Source: Leucoraja ocellata | Taxonomy: Eukaryota | Length of the DNA stretch: 64,000 nt | Direction: 5' to 3' | NCBI GenBank assembly: GCA_036785375.1 | Contig: JAWMAR010000013.1 | Span: 6,634,001 to 6,698,000, forward strand | In this document: piece after piece, positions 11,380 to 23,899 of the stretch | How positions within the stretch are numbered: the stretch's first letter is position 1 | How the letters are laid out: each line of letters opens with the position of its first letter | Notes under the pieces: model-generated | Seen by the model: the letters and a program-made list of their open reading frames with translations, nothing else | What the model was told of the DNA's origin: nothing | Database searches by the model: none | Made by a program: the position numbers and the translations under genes

Positions 11380-12130
11380 TCAGTTTGTCTGTTATCTAAA
11401 ATTGGAGAATTCAATGTAAATACTGTTGGGTTCTCAAGTACCCTAGCAAAATATGGAGTGCTGTTCCTCCAGCTTGAGTGCAGTCTCACTCTGGCAATAG
11501 AAGACAGAAAGGTTGGTATGGGAAGGGGAGTCATAATATTTAGCAACCAGGAAGTCCAGCACGGCTAAGCAGACTGAATGCAAGTGTGCTGTCAAACGGT
11601 TACCTAATCTACGCTTGGTCCCACCCACTGAGGCCACATCAATAATATCAAATTTAGTAGATAAGGTTTGAGGAGGGCTGTCTTGCCTTGGAGGGCTGCT
11701 GGGCTCCCTGGGTGGATGTGAGGTGTAGGGACAGGTGTTACATCTCCTGCAGTTGCAGGGGAAAGTACCTGGGGAGGGGGTGTTTCAGGAGGGAGAGGTC
11801 TCCACAGAAACAAATGGATGGGGATGGGAAGATGATGGGATCATATCAAAAGTGGCAGAAATGTCAAAATGATTTGTTGGATACGACATCTGGTGAGGTG
11901 ATGGGTAAGGACCAGGGGAACTCTATCCTTGTTCTATCTGGGGAGGGGGAGCAAGAGCAGAAATTAGGACACAGGAGAAATGGGTAAGAGATCCATTTAT
12001 GACAGCAGGAGGGAACCACTTTTACTGAAGGGTGGAAGCCACATCTTGGGCGGAGATCGGAGATGGACAAATGAAAGTAGGGGATGGCATCTTTTTAATA
12101 GGCATGATGTGCAATTTTGTTCACTGGCAG
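11380..12130 (-). mobile_element. Penelope-like element fragment (GIY-YIG region)
   Basis: ORF 11443-11637 contains VGGTKRRLGNRLTAHLHSV...LKLEEQHSIFC, homologous to 4560-4770. Confidence 0.75.
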
Positions 12131-13974
12131 CGGATGTTTTTGAAAACCTGGAGTATTAACAGGGGAGGTCATTGTGGTTCATTGGAATGGTCAGTCCTAG
12201 CGATTATAAAAGGATGGATAAAAGCTTTGGCAACAGTAGAGATATTGTAGAGCGGTATAGCCGAAATGGAGATTGTTGTAATTACAGAGAAGATGCAATG
12301 GGGTAATGCAGGGAAAAAGATCAATACAACTGATTTTATTAAATTGAGATTTCTTTCCTGTGGTTGGACGAAAGCTACTCTTAAAGTGAGATGTTATTGA
12401 ATGAATTGATCAGAATCATCGAGATGGGAGTTGGTCAATGAACATAGATTTTTTTTCTCACATCACCCAACTTCGGAGTAGTTTCATTAAAGAAATAATG
12501 TACTTCAGTAATTATGCTTTACTATTTCAATGATCAATGGTTCAATGTTTAATTAATTTACATAGGCATTCTTCAAATACAATTAGGAAAATTAATGTGG
12601 CTACATCCTAAATGCCAAATGCAGTTCAGCATTAATGCTTTGGCAGATGGCACCAGATCTGGAACAAGGCTTTCCACGTTTGTTGTGTATTATGATTGGG
12701 AGTTGTCTTGCTGTTGATAGTTGTTTGTACTTGGTCGTTCCTTTTTCTTAAACTGCATGTGCTGATAATATTACAGCCACTGTGGCCCACGTACATCTAT
12801 TGGTGTGAATAATTTAATTAATTACATACAGGGGTGATGGAGGGGCATGTCTCTAAATTATTGCAGAAAGTAAAATAATTTTGGAAATGCTGAATGTTGC
12901 AAGTATACTGTGCAGCAAAGGATCTCTGAAACCATGCACTGTTTTGTTTCTCTTTAAATGTGTTTCTTTCCTCCTCATAGATTTTGCACCCTGTGACCCA
13001 GATGAAGGGAGATGGGAAGGAGACCTGGTCCAAACTTGGTCAGTGCCACTTTGTACCCAATCCCAGGTGATGTCCAAGCACCTTTATTTTCCTCCATCCC
13101 CATGTATATATTCAAAACCTGCCTGATGGCATAATTGTGTGAAAATTACCACCTGAAATCTAGTTTCAGAAACATCCCAAGAGGATATTTCCCATCTCCA
13201 CATCATGACACTTTCTCTGTTAGTGTGAATGAGTCAGATGTGTTAATTGTCCAGTGATTGGAAACAAGGGACTCTAGCTATGAGTTAATTATAGAATAAC
13301 TATAAAAGACGATGAGAGTTGTGACTGTTGGTTTCCTTCAGAAACCCTACTTTTTTTTTGTCTGTGTTTTGGACACCCATTGTTTCCCAGCAGCGGGTTT
13401 AGAAATGTGCCTATCAAAAAGATTATTCCTCCTTTACTACTTTATTCCCCCATTAAACCATTTTGGCAATGTCTTTAATGATTCTAAATTTGATTTCACT
13501 AATATTTTCATGGTCATCATCAACCATAAACTTGGTTAACTACATTCTGTCTTCAGTTAAATCTGCTCATTGCTATTCATGTTGATCTGCAATATCTCCC
13601 AATTGATTTTTAAATCTTTGTCTAGCTATAAAACCCAACCCATTGCAATCTTGTCTGTTCTCTGAATCTCATCTAACACACATCTTTGCCACACCACTGC
13701 CACCTTTTGTGCAAAAGCTAGATTTAAATAAGATGTTTCATCTCTGCTCATCTTTGTTCATTTTTGGCTCAGCACCTGTTTAATTTGGTGTAAAAAAAAA
13801 TGTCTTCCATATTTTCAGTTATGCTGCCAAATATATATGATGTAAATTTACTAGATTCATTAGGTATTAGCCAGTTAACAAATGTTAATATATTTTGTCT
13901 TCTAACTTACATTCCTGGTAGTCCAAACAACAATTGCAACTGCATATTCTCTCTCGATTATTTTGAATCTGTTA

Positions 13975-14568
13975 AGGGCCTGTCCCACTGAGGGGACCTA
14001 ATCTGCGAGTTTAGAAGAGTTTGCGATTGACTCAAATTCGCAGCATGGTCGACACGTGGTCCTAGGAGGTCTATGTAACTCTCCTTCATGCTCGAGAGAA
14101 GTTCCCGCCTCAGTTTGGTCGAGGTGTATTTTTTAGTATGCTGAAAAATTGTCCGCGAGTAAAAATTGGTCTCATGGAAAAAGTTGATATTTTTTTTACT
14201 CGTAGGTTTAGTCGAAGTAGGTCGTAATAGGTCGGCATGTTAATCGAAGGCAGTCGAAGATAATTGAAGGTAGTCGTAGATAGTGTTTCTATAGTCGAAG
14301 GTGGATGTCTGCACTCTCCACTATTCGGTGTCCAATTTTCCAGAGAGCATCGGCGAGTAAATCGTAGATAGTCGAATCTAGTCTTCAACATGGTCGAAGG
14401 AGATCTTCTACATGGTCGTTGGAGGTCTTCTACATATTCGTAGGAGGTTCTCTACATAGTCGAAGGAGGTCGTAGGAGGTGTTCTACTTTGGCGATACAA
14501 CAAGACCATGACACTCTCCTAAACTCTTCTAAACTCGCAAATTAGGTCCCCGCAGTGGAACAGGCCCT
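13975..14568. mobile_element. MITE, probably PIF/Harbinger family
   Basis: 48-bp TIRs (AGGGCCTGTCCCACTGAGGGGACCTAATCTGCGAGTTTAGAAGAGTTT; 3 mismatches), flanks TTA/TCA, no transposase ORF, internal 22-nt tandem repeats. Confidence 0.8.
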
Positions 14569-16074
14569 TCATAGTTGCTGTCTTGTATATCAGTCATGAA
14601 ATAGACTGTTGCCAAATCATGTTGTATTAAAAGCTTGCAATGTCTCTTTACATCTTAAAATGACTGATTGTTTCTGAGATTGACCTCAAATAAAGTTTGC
14701 AACAAATTTGATTTTGAGGAATGATACATGTTTCCTTTTATACATTTTCATTTGTTCCAGGCAGATTCTGATCAGTTAATTCATTTTGACATTTCCCCCC
14801 CCCTATTTTATAAGTACTTTTCTGTTTGTATTGTTAGTGTGGCAATCTCTAAAGATTCTGATGTAACTGCTGTGGCCAATGTGTGGATGTACAGAATCTA
14901 CCACATTTTGGGGATGAGATGCTGATAGTTTTGGGGGAATACTCGGCTCCTTCTGAAGATATGGGGCTTTTATGCTTCAAATGAAGGAGCTTTGAGGTTC
15001 CATGCCATCTTGAATTTTAAGCAGTCAAATGCTGGAATTCCCATAAATGGACAGGAATATTGTACTCTTTCCAGGCAGCTTTCAGAACATCCTTCATTCA
15101 TTTCCTCTATCCTGCTTGTGATCTCTTGCTATGAAATTGTTTTCAAGTAGTGTGGCTATTTTAGGAGTTTGGTGTTGGGCAGGCAGTAAGGGAAGCCACG
15201 GAGTGTAAATGCAACCTCTGTTTGGGGATGTTGGCCTGGGAGAGGGTGCTGACATAGTTTCACAAAAGCACATCTGTTGTAGTACAATCGTTATCCGATC
15301 ATATACAGTTTTTTTTTTAAATCACAGAACCTCATTTCCTTGGGTAATATAAAACTTGGTTATTGTGACTGACTGGGCATCCAAGAAATAGGATTAAGAC
15401 ATGTGATTCTAGGTCTCGGGGATGGGATTAGTTTAAAGTATATTATGTACACCTTCAGTTGATGCTCCACTTAATTTATTATATATATAAAAATAATGTT
15501 GATTAGATTTTTGACTACATTTGCTTGTAACACACATCTAGCATTCTTCTATCATCTAAAGTTGAAGATCGCAGGAGAACATGTGATGAAATAAAGTAGA
15601 CGCCTGCACATCAGTTACATATGCAAAGACGGTCAATTTTTCAATTGCCAAGGTTCATTAAATAACCAATGATCTGTTTTTGGAGATAATAATTGAGAAA
15701 GGAATGCTAGTTAGCAGGGGAATGACTGGTGGAGAATTGACTGCTACTGCTATGGAGCTTTGAAAGATTGCAGATTAATCTGAACAAATGTACAAGGGCT
15801 CTCAATAAGGTGCAAACCTGTAACAATAGGATAATTTATTTTAAAATACACTACAGTAATATTTTCAAAAATATTTTGTGTAGAAACGAATATATTCTTA
15901 GACTTTCAAGTAATAATCCAGAAATCATTGGATAAATAAAGTGACATTTAATTCAGATTTATTGAAAAATCTCATCCAAGTTAAAAATAATTTATATATT
16001 TCCTGAGGGTAAAGAAAAGGGGTGGGGTGACACTAATCAAATTAGAACAACTAAGGAGAATGTAGAGAAAGTCC

Positions 16075-16093
16075 GGGGGGGGGGGGGGGGGGG
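16075..16093. repeat. poly-G run (19 nt)
   Basis: Direct reading. Confidence 0.9.
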
Positions 16094-17104
16094 ATTTGTA
16101 ACAACAAGAAGTATAAATTAAGAGGTAAAAGATGTGGGAAATTTAGAAATGGGAAATTCTCTAATGGTGATAAAGGAGTGATCAACGATCGTTTTTCAAG
16201 GAATATTTTCTATGTTGACAATGGCAAGGTGCTGTTTATTGTTCATGGATGCTTTCCATGAGGATAGTTACTTTACTGACTAGCGTGGGACTGGAATAGC
16301 TTCTACGTCAGTCTGATTGGTTAGAGGAAGATTTCTTCCCTCAGAACATTAATGAACCAGTTGGAATTTCAGAATGTAATGTTTCCTGCGTGGTAGATTT
16401 TTAAAATTTTGTTTTAGTTTATCATGGCAGAATTTGTACTCTTGATTTCTGGCCGCTAGCACCCTTTGCCATTGTTCTCTCAAAAAAAAAGTGAAATGAG
16501 AATAAAATTTAAGAAATTCAGTGAAATTAGAATAAAATGTTGGAACAAATGTGAAGGATAAATATTAAGGCAAACTCTTGGGGAAACTTGTATGGAAAAG
16601 ATAAAAGGTTCTGATGTATCCAAAGTTACTTAAATAGAGTGACTTGCAAAGGTCATGATTATCGCTGGGTTAGTAAATATTCTTCATCAAGAAGATGCTG
16701 TTGCTTCCAAAAGATTAGTTAGCCAATTGTGTTTGTGCGTAAGTAGTTAGAGGTCAAAATATGGGTTAATTAAAACCAAAAACATTGATTGGAGAGTTTG
16801 CTCAATTCAAAAGAGAATTTGGGTAATTGAAAATATTGATAAAGAAAATTACAGTGGATGTTTATTTATTGATTTGGTATGTATTGATATTGTGTAGTAC
16901 TGAAAGCTTGATTAAAACAAGGCGGGGTATTAAAATGGGTTTGAGATCATGTGTATGAAGCTTGTTAAAGAATTAGCCAAATGGGGGAAGGTGGGCTACG
17001 CTTAATTATGTCAGAGTGGAAAGTTGTGAACAGTGATTTTTCTTTATTTGAATGTTTCAAACAAAAAACATGAAAATTACACAAATAGTAAGCAAGTGGG
17101 CCAA

Positions 17105-17285
17105 CATTCTGTGAAGAGAGCAGTTAATATTTTGGATATAGTCCTTTCTTCAGAACTGGGCAAATCGGATCAGTTCAGATGAAAGATCATTGTACTGTAA
17201 GCCTCATTCTGTGTTGTCTCCACAGAATGCTGTTTGATTATTCCGTATATCCAGCATTTACTGGTTTGTTTGAATATCTAGCATC
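17105..17285. mobile_element. Old fold-back of Penelope-type termini with decayed hammerhead motif
   Basis: Inverted pairs CATTCTGTG/CACAGAATG and CTTTCTTCAGAACTG/CAGTTCAGATGAAAG. Confidence 0.55.
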
Positions 17286-17406
17286 TGTAAAACCTGTTTG
17301 GCATGTGTGTGTTTATATATAGATCAGTATCACTATTTGGAAATGATCCAAAAATAATGACTTCAGGAAAACGCATGTTGGCTAATGGGGAGGAAAAAAG
17401 GAATAT

Positions 17407-18126
17407 TGTGGCGGCTCCTAAGGGTCGTGCCATTATACTGCCGAACCCCTCGGCACAGGAGTGGCGCAGTCCGGAGGCGGTCCTTAGCCGGAGGGTATAA
17501 AAGGCAGGGTTTGGGTGCCATCTTTTCCTGTTCATACGTCTTCCTGCGCCGTGATGCCCACCGGACGCCACTCCAGAGGCCGTACGAGGGCCCGTTCCGG
17601 GTGCTGGAACACGGGCAGTCGACTTTTGTCCTGGACATGGGGGGCCGGCCGGAGGCCGTGTCGATTGACCGTTTAAAGCTGGTGCACCTGGACATTGACC
17701 AGCCGGTGCTGGTTGCTCAACCTCGGCCCCGAGGGCGCCCCCCCTCACGACTCCCTCCACCTGTCCCTCCACCTGTCCTCCCGCCGGTCCCTCGACCTGT
17801 CCCTCCACCTACGCCCCCGCAAGCCCCGGGATCTGCTGACTTCCGCACGCGGGCCGGCCGGGTCATGCGCCCGCCGGTGCGTTTTGTGCCTCTGGTTCTG
17901 GGGGGGGGGTCCTGTGGCGGCTCCTAAGGGTCGTACCATTATACTGCCGAACCCCTCGGCACAGGAGTGGCGCAGTCCGGAGGCGGTCCTTAGCCGGAGG
18001 GTATAAAAGGCAGGGTTTGGGTGCCATCTTTTCCTGGTTTCGTCTTCCCCTGAACCGGGAGGAATTAAAGTATAGTGCTTCTCAAACTTCAGACTACTTG
18101 CCTCATTTTGAGACCCACGCACTACA
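17407..18126 (+). mobile_element. Gypsy LTR retrotransposon with large internal deletion (partial 5' LTR, integrase C-terminus, PPT, full 3' LTR)
   Basis: TG...CA ends and ATAT TSD (17403-17406, 18127-18130). 17407-17530 matches 17913-18036 at 123/124 nt. Encodes YVFLRRDAHRTPLQRPYEGPFRVL...VSIDRLK (GPY/F integrase tail). G-rich PPT at 17900-17909. Confidence 0.93.
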
Positions 18127-18743
18127 ATATTATCAATATGAGGAAAAAGTGTTAGCTAGTACATGTTCAAGAAAGAATGAGTAGGAAAATTGGATGTTGT
18201 GGTTATGATATTGGAATCAACAAATTGAGGTTGGATTCCAAAATCAAAAGTTAAATTGAACAAAGCAAACGGATTGAAAGCGTATCTTGGAATGTAAAAA
18301 CTAAACTTTACCATTGGCATTTTGATACCTCCTTTAAAAACAAAGTGCATGGATGCAATCATATACATGTGAGTATGCAGAATTTCACTTTTGAGTTCTT
18401 GTAATCTACACACTGCTCTAAAATTATAAGTGTAGAAATCAATTTGACATGTATTACAAATTTTCTTCTAAACTGTACTTCTATGTGTGGTAGATATATG
18501 CAATTATTTAATCATGTGGAAATCCTTGTTGTTAACATTGAAGGCAAAGAATGCCGCATTCAATTTGATATACTCCCCATTCTGCATCTTCTGATCATAA
18601 TGTGCAAAAGTGTCAGATGGTGCACAGTAGTTCATTATTATTAATATACAATGTTCTTTTCATTAAGGAATTTTTTAATGTATGGGTTTGTTTGGATATG
18701 AAATGTATCCTATCTAGAAATTAAGTACCTTTATATAGATATA

Positions 18744-20036
18744 CTAGTCCAAGTGCAGACCCGTTGGGTCTGTTCCCCCAGCATGCGGTTGTGGGTGGGG
18801 GGAGGCGGCATGCAGCGTCACACACTAACTACCCCCCTCCCTTGCACTCACACTAATTATCCCCCTTGATATTATATTAATATTATTAATTTGCTCCCTT
18901 TACCCCATAACCACCCTACCTACTGACGCATAGCCCCCAACTTGCAGTCACATCTAGAGAGGGGGAGGGGGGAGGGGGCGGGCGGGGGTAGAGAGTGAGG
19001 GCAGAGAGAGAAGGGGCAGAGACACAGAGAGAGACAGAGACACAGAGAGAAGGGCAAGAGGGATGGGGGGGTGGAGAGGAGGGTAAGAGGGAAGGTGGGT
19101 GAGGGGGGAAAGGTGGGGGAGGAGGGGATGAGAGAGAGAGGGGGAGAGAGGGGGTGCTGAGAGGGGGGTGAGGTGGGGAGCAGGGAGGGGGAAGAAGGGG
19201 GTGGGGGGTAGGGGGTGGAGGGGAGGGGGTTTAGGGGAGGGAGGAAGGGTGGGGGAGGGGATGGAGGGGAGAGAGAGAGGGTGTGCTGAGAGGGGGGTGA
19301 GATGAGGGGAGGTGGGGAGGGAAGGGGGTAGGGGTGTGTGGAGAGGAGGGGGGTTTAGGGGAGGGACGGTGGGGGAGGGGATGGATGGGAGGAAAAAGAG
19401 GGGAGAGGGAGGGGGGGAGAGAAGGGGAGGGGGAGGAGGAGAGGGGGAGGAGGAGAGGGGGAGAGGAGAGGGGGGGGGGAGAGATGAGAGGGGGAGAGAG
19501 GAGAGGGGGAAAAGAGGTGAGGGGGAGAGAGAGAGGAGAGGGGGGAGAGAGAGAAAGAGTGAGAGATAGGGATGGATAGGGAGAGAGAGAGAGAGAGAGA
19601 GCCTTTTTAATTCAACCCAAACAACCATTTGCAGGCAGTGCTTTTTTACTTCAAACTAACTATATTTTCATTTTCAAACCAAATTAAGGGTACTCACAGT
19701 GCTGTAGACATTTGTTCAGTGTCATTCAGAGCTCAGAGTGACAGAGACTAATTGACAGAGCTCCAGCTTGCAGAGACTATTTGAGGCACACCACTTCCTG
19801 GTTTTATAGTCCCTTCCCCTGCCTCCAGCGGGGGCAGCAGAGAGAATGGGGAATTTAGTAAAAACATTAATATCTCTGTCTTATTTCATCGACGGGAAAA
19901 ATCCTCGGCACACATACGGCGGAGGGGGGCTCTGAGCGAGGTGGCCAAAAATGACGGCTGTAGGTGGCGGCGTTCTCTCGGAAATCGCAGCACAGATCGC
20001 CAAAACCGGTCAAGAACAGAGTTTTAGTAATATAGA
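18744..20036 (-). mobile_element. Non-autonomous Helitron containing a long purine tract
   Basis: The minus strand starts A|TCTATATTACTAAAACTC and ends CAGACCC-AAC-GGGTCTG hairpin, CACTTGGA, CTAG|T. Target is AT with no TSD. Confidence 0.8.
18956..19602. repeat. G/A-rich low-complexity tract
   Basis: About 650 nt that are almost entirely purine on the + strand, with many GGG(G) runs, ending in (GA)n. Confidence 0.95.
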
Positions 20037-20369
20037 TGTTCTCCAACTGCTGTGGACTGAAGAGTACAAATTTTGTTTCCACTTCCTAATGCTTCATCCC
20101 CACTTCCAAATGCTTAATTGAAATTTCAAATATTTTTCTATCATTCTTTTTATTGGGTCCTTTAATTTCAATGTCTAAAAACACTGTCATAGCATAGACA
20201 AACTGTAGTGTAGTTAATATTTGAGTGTGAACCTGATGGCGTAAACAGATGCTCTGATCTTTTTAAAATGAGATTTGCCAAACGTAACTGTTTTCACCTA
20301 TGCTTGTAGTTATAATGTTTGTAAATAAATTGGATTTTTTTAGTGCCTGTGGAAATGTTTCTGAATGAT

Positions 20370-22620
20370 TAAGGAGAACAACACTGCAGTAGATTGAGGT
20401 GAAATTACTAATGGATTGTGGGGCTTTAGGTGGGAAATAGGAAAGGGATGAACAACTTGTTGGGATGGTACTATAGACACGAACATTGTCAACCGTAATT
20501 AGGAACAAATATGCAGGGAGAATGTTGCAAGAATAGTAGCATTGGCATAATAGGAGATTGAGCCGTTCGGTTGGGTGGAATTTATTGAATGAGTTCAGAA
20601 AAGTTTGAAGCAATATTTAGAGGACCCAACTAGCGAAATGGCAAAACTTGACCTGCTCTTGGGAAATTAGTGCAGGGAAGTGACTAGGTGTCAGTGGAAG
20701 ATCACTTTAGCACGAGTGACCATAGTTCTATTAGTTCTAAAATGGCAATGGAAAAGGTTAAAACTGGTCCACAAGTTAAAGTTCCACGTGGGTTAAGGCA
20801 AATGTTGACAGGTGCTTGCAAAGTTGTTTGCAGGCAAAGGGATGTCCAGCAAATGGGAAGCTTTTAAAAACTACCTAGCGAGAGTTCAGGGTCTGCTATT
20901 TCCTGGTAGACTGATGAACAAACACTGCAGGAATAAGGACCCCAAGATGAAGAGATATTGAGGATCTAGTCAGAAAAAAAGAAGCAAGCACAGGTCAATT
21001 GCAATTACCTGGGATCAAGCGAATCCCTGAAGAGGTGTAAGGGATGCCAGAGTATACTTAAGAATGAAATCGGTCGGGCAAAAAACTGGGCAAGAGGTGG
21101 CATTGGCAGAAAAGATTAAGCCGAATCCAAAGAGATTTTAAAAGTACATTAAGGGAGAAAGAATAACTAGGGAAATAATATAGTCCATCAAAGACCAAAC
21201 ATCAAAGATATCTTTAGAGTTCCAGAAGAGGTCCTCAATGAATATATTTCCTCCTCTTTTACTATGGACAAAGATATGAAGACTAAGGAACTCTGGCAAG
21301 TCAATGGGAATTACTTGGGGAAAGTCTGCGTTATAGGAGGTGCTGGATGTTTGAAAAATATATAAAGGGGCCTGATCAGGTTCCAAAAACTTAAGTTAAA
21401 TTGAACAAAGCAAATGGATTGAAATAGTATCTTGGAATGTAAACACTAAACTTTACCATTTGGATTTTGATACCTCCTTTAAAAACAAAGTACATGAACA
21501 CTGTGGGGAGCTAAAGAAAAAATTCCAGAAGCCCTGTCTGAGATATATGCATCATTTGTTAGCCAAGGCTGAGGAAGACTGCAAGTTGGTGAATGTTGTC
21601 TTTATTTATTTTGTGTGTAGGATTGGTGTCTCATGAATTTGAGGTTTCCTTTAAAGTAACCAGGAAGATTGTGGAGGTCAAGGTTTCAAGATCAGTTTAT
21701 TGTCACATGTACCAATTAAGGTACAGTGAAAATCAAATTATAATACAGCCATATTAAAAAAAAGCAACAAGCCACACAACTACATAAAAGTTAACATAAA
21801 CTTCCACCACAGCGGATCCCCCACATTCCTCACTGTGATGGAAGGCAATACAGTCCAATCTCCTTCCTCTTTATTTACTTCAGGTCTATATGTACTTCAG
21901 CACGTGTTCCACGTGTTACGTTACTCTGTAAGGGTAGAGCACATGGGATTCGGGGAGAGCTAGCCAACTGGATACTTAATTGGTTTGATAATAGGAACCA
22001 GAGAGTGATGTTGGTATGTTGTTATCGCAGAGGAAGCCAGTGATTCGTGTGCGTGGGGGGTTGGTATTATACTCATTGTTGTTTGACATCTTTTTTGAAT
22101 GAGAATGTATAAGATATGGTTAAAAGGTTTACAGCTGACACTAAAATAAATGATATTGTATACAATGAAGAAGGTTTTTCAAGACTTGTAGCAAAATCTT
22201 GATCAGCTGAATAAGTGGGGCCAGAAATGTCAAATGGAATTTAATTTGGATATGTGCACGGTTTGCATTTGGGAAGTCAAACCAGGGTAGGACTTTCACT
22301 GTGAATGGTAGGGCTGTAGAACAGAGAGATCAAGGTGTACAAGTACATTGTTGTGTGAAAGTGGCGTCACAGGTGGACAGGGTGGTAAAGAAGACTTTTG
22401 ACATATTGGCTTCCATAAGTAAAGGATTGCGTATAGAAGTTAGGACGTTATGTTGCAGTTGTATAAAATGTTGGTGAGGCTGTATTTGGAGTATTGTGCT
22501 CAGTTTTGGTAGCTTTGCAATAGGACAGATGCCGTTAAGCTGAAAGTAGGGCAGAAAAGATGTGCAAAGATGTTGCCAGGGTCAAGGGACTAAGTTATTG
22601 TGAGATAGATCGGGCAAAGT
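20370..22620 (+). mobile_element. Degraded CR1 ORF2 (endonuclease end to RT) with later insertions
   Basis: KLDLLLGN, HFSTSDHSSISSKM, KPNPKRF-KYIK, KRFTADTKI and LEYCAQFW motifs, interrupted by stops and frameshifts. Confidence 0.8.
21685..21875 (-). mobile_element. 3' tail of a Rex/Babar-related repeat inserted in the CR1
   Basis: Reverse complement of 29025-29200 (TTCACTGTACCTTAATT...GTGACAATAAA). Confidence 0.6.
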
Positions 22621-22624
22621 TACC

Positions 22625-22830
22625 CAATTCCCTCACCTGAAGGTACCAGTGAAACAATTGGGGTATTATAGCAGGTTTGTAGTTCTGTGGTCATCACTAC
22701 AAAGGACCTTTAAAAATCCGGATTATTAACCGAATATAAATCCCACAGCTGCCATCAGAGGATTTTAAATTTTGGTCGCTAGATGATTAGTCCAGTGCCC
22801 TGTTTATTACTGGCAATTTAATTGCTGTAC
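22625..22830 (-). mobile_element. Old tRNA-derived SINE fragment (LF-SINE-like)
   Basis: CAGTGAAACAATTGGGG...GGTCATCACTAC...CAGCTGCCATC...GATTAGTCCAGTG pattern. A related piece lies at ~16325-16470. Confidence 0.4.
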
Positions 22831-23899
22831 TCCCACCATATAAGTGTACATTGAAACTATATATCAAGAAACAGGCATTAGCTAAGTTGATTTTTATGAA
22901 GGTTACACACATCTACTGCAACTTTAAAATGCACAATAAAGAATTGCAAAACAATTTCACCTTTTTTCTAACATAGTTTTTCTTTGATACAATCCACAAA
23001 CTCTTCATTTCATCAAATTCAATTAAAAAAATGTTTAGTTAATTTAATTTGCTGGCTGGCTTCATCTTCTGGTTCTCATATTTTGCAAAATCCAATGATT
23101 TTTGTTGTCTAGTCTGCTGAAGAATCTTTCTCAGAATTACCATTGATCACTTTCCTGGAATGCTATTTTAAACAACAAAAAGACTTATTATACACTTTCT
23201 TTTAAGCTTTTTAATGTTTACGTACTCATCATGTGTAAAGATTTACCGAAGCACAGGCCAATCCAATTAGCCATTCAAATTTCTAAATATTAGGATGATC
23301 TCAGTCAGGAAATGGTGAATACAAGCTCCAGTAAGCTCAGCTCTGCCGACGCTTCATTGCATTACTGAGAAAGTGGGGTAATCATGAAGCACCATCCATT
23401 GACATACTATCTCAATAAACAGTTAAGTAGATAGTTATTAAAAACATGCAAGGCAGAACCAATGGTTCTTTTAATTCACTAAAAATATTATGTAGTTTTG
23501 TTTCATGAAATGTTTCTAACTATTGGTCAGTTACCACGTATTCTTTGATAGAACCACCAGCACTACTTGTTCTTGACATATCAATATCTTAAATTAAGCC
23601 TCTATTAGTTAAATCTAACATTTTATTGTATTAGTGGTCCAACAAACTTATTTAATTGTTTGCATCTTCGAATTCGGTTAAGACAAATGGAATGAAGTCT
23701 TAAAATAGATTTAATGTATAGGTAATTTTGTTGTGGAGCAGATAACTTGGTGCTCTTTTCGTAGGCCAGGGCATTTCTGGAAAATTCTGAGTGTATTTTC
23801 TGCAAGATATCATGAAGCTGGAACTGAAAACCTTTTTGAAGATGTAGTGTCTCGTATTTGGCCTCTGTTTGATTAAACATGCAAAGATTTATTAGTACA

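Noticed and set aside
14370-14490. CRISPR-like regular repeats
   Set aside because: They are tandem units without unique spacers, inside a MITE in vertebrate DNA, and there are no cas genes.
18954-19628. 224-aa Pro/Leu/Ser ORF and the opposite-strand Gly/Glu/Arg ORFs
   Set aside because: These are artefacts of the low-complexity purine tract inside a Helitron.
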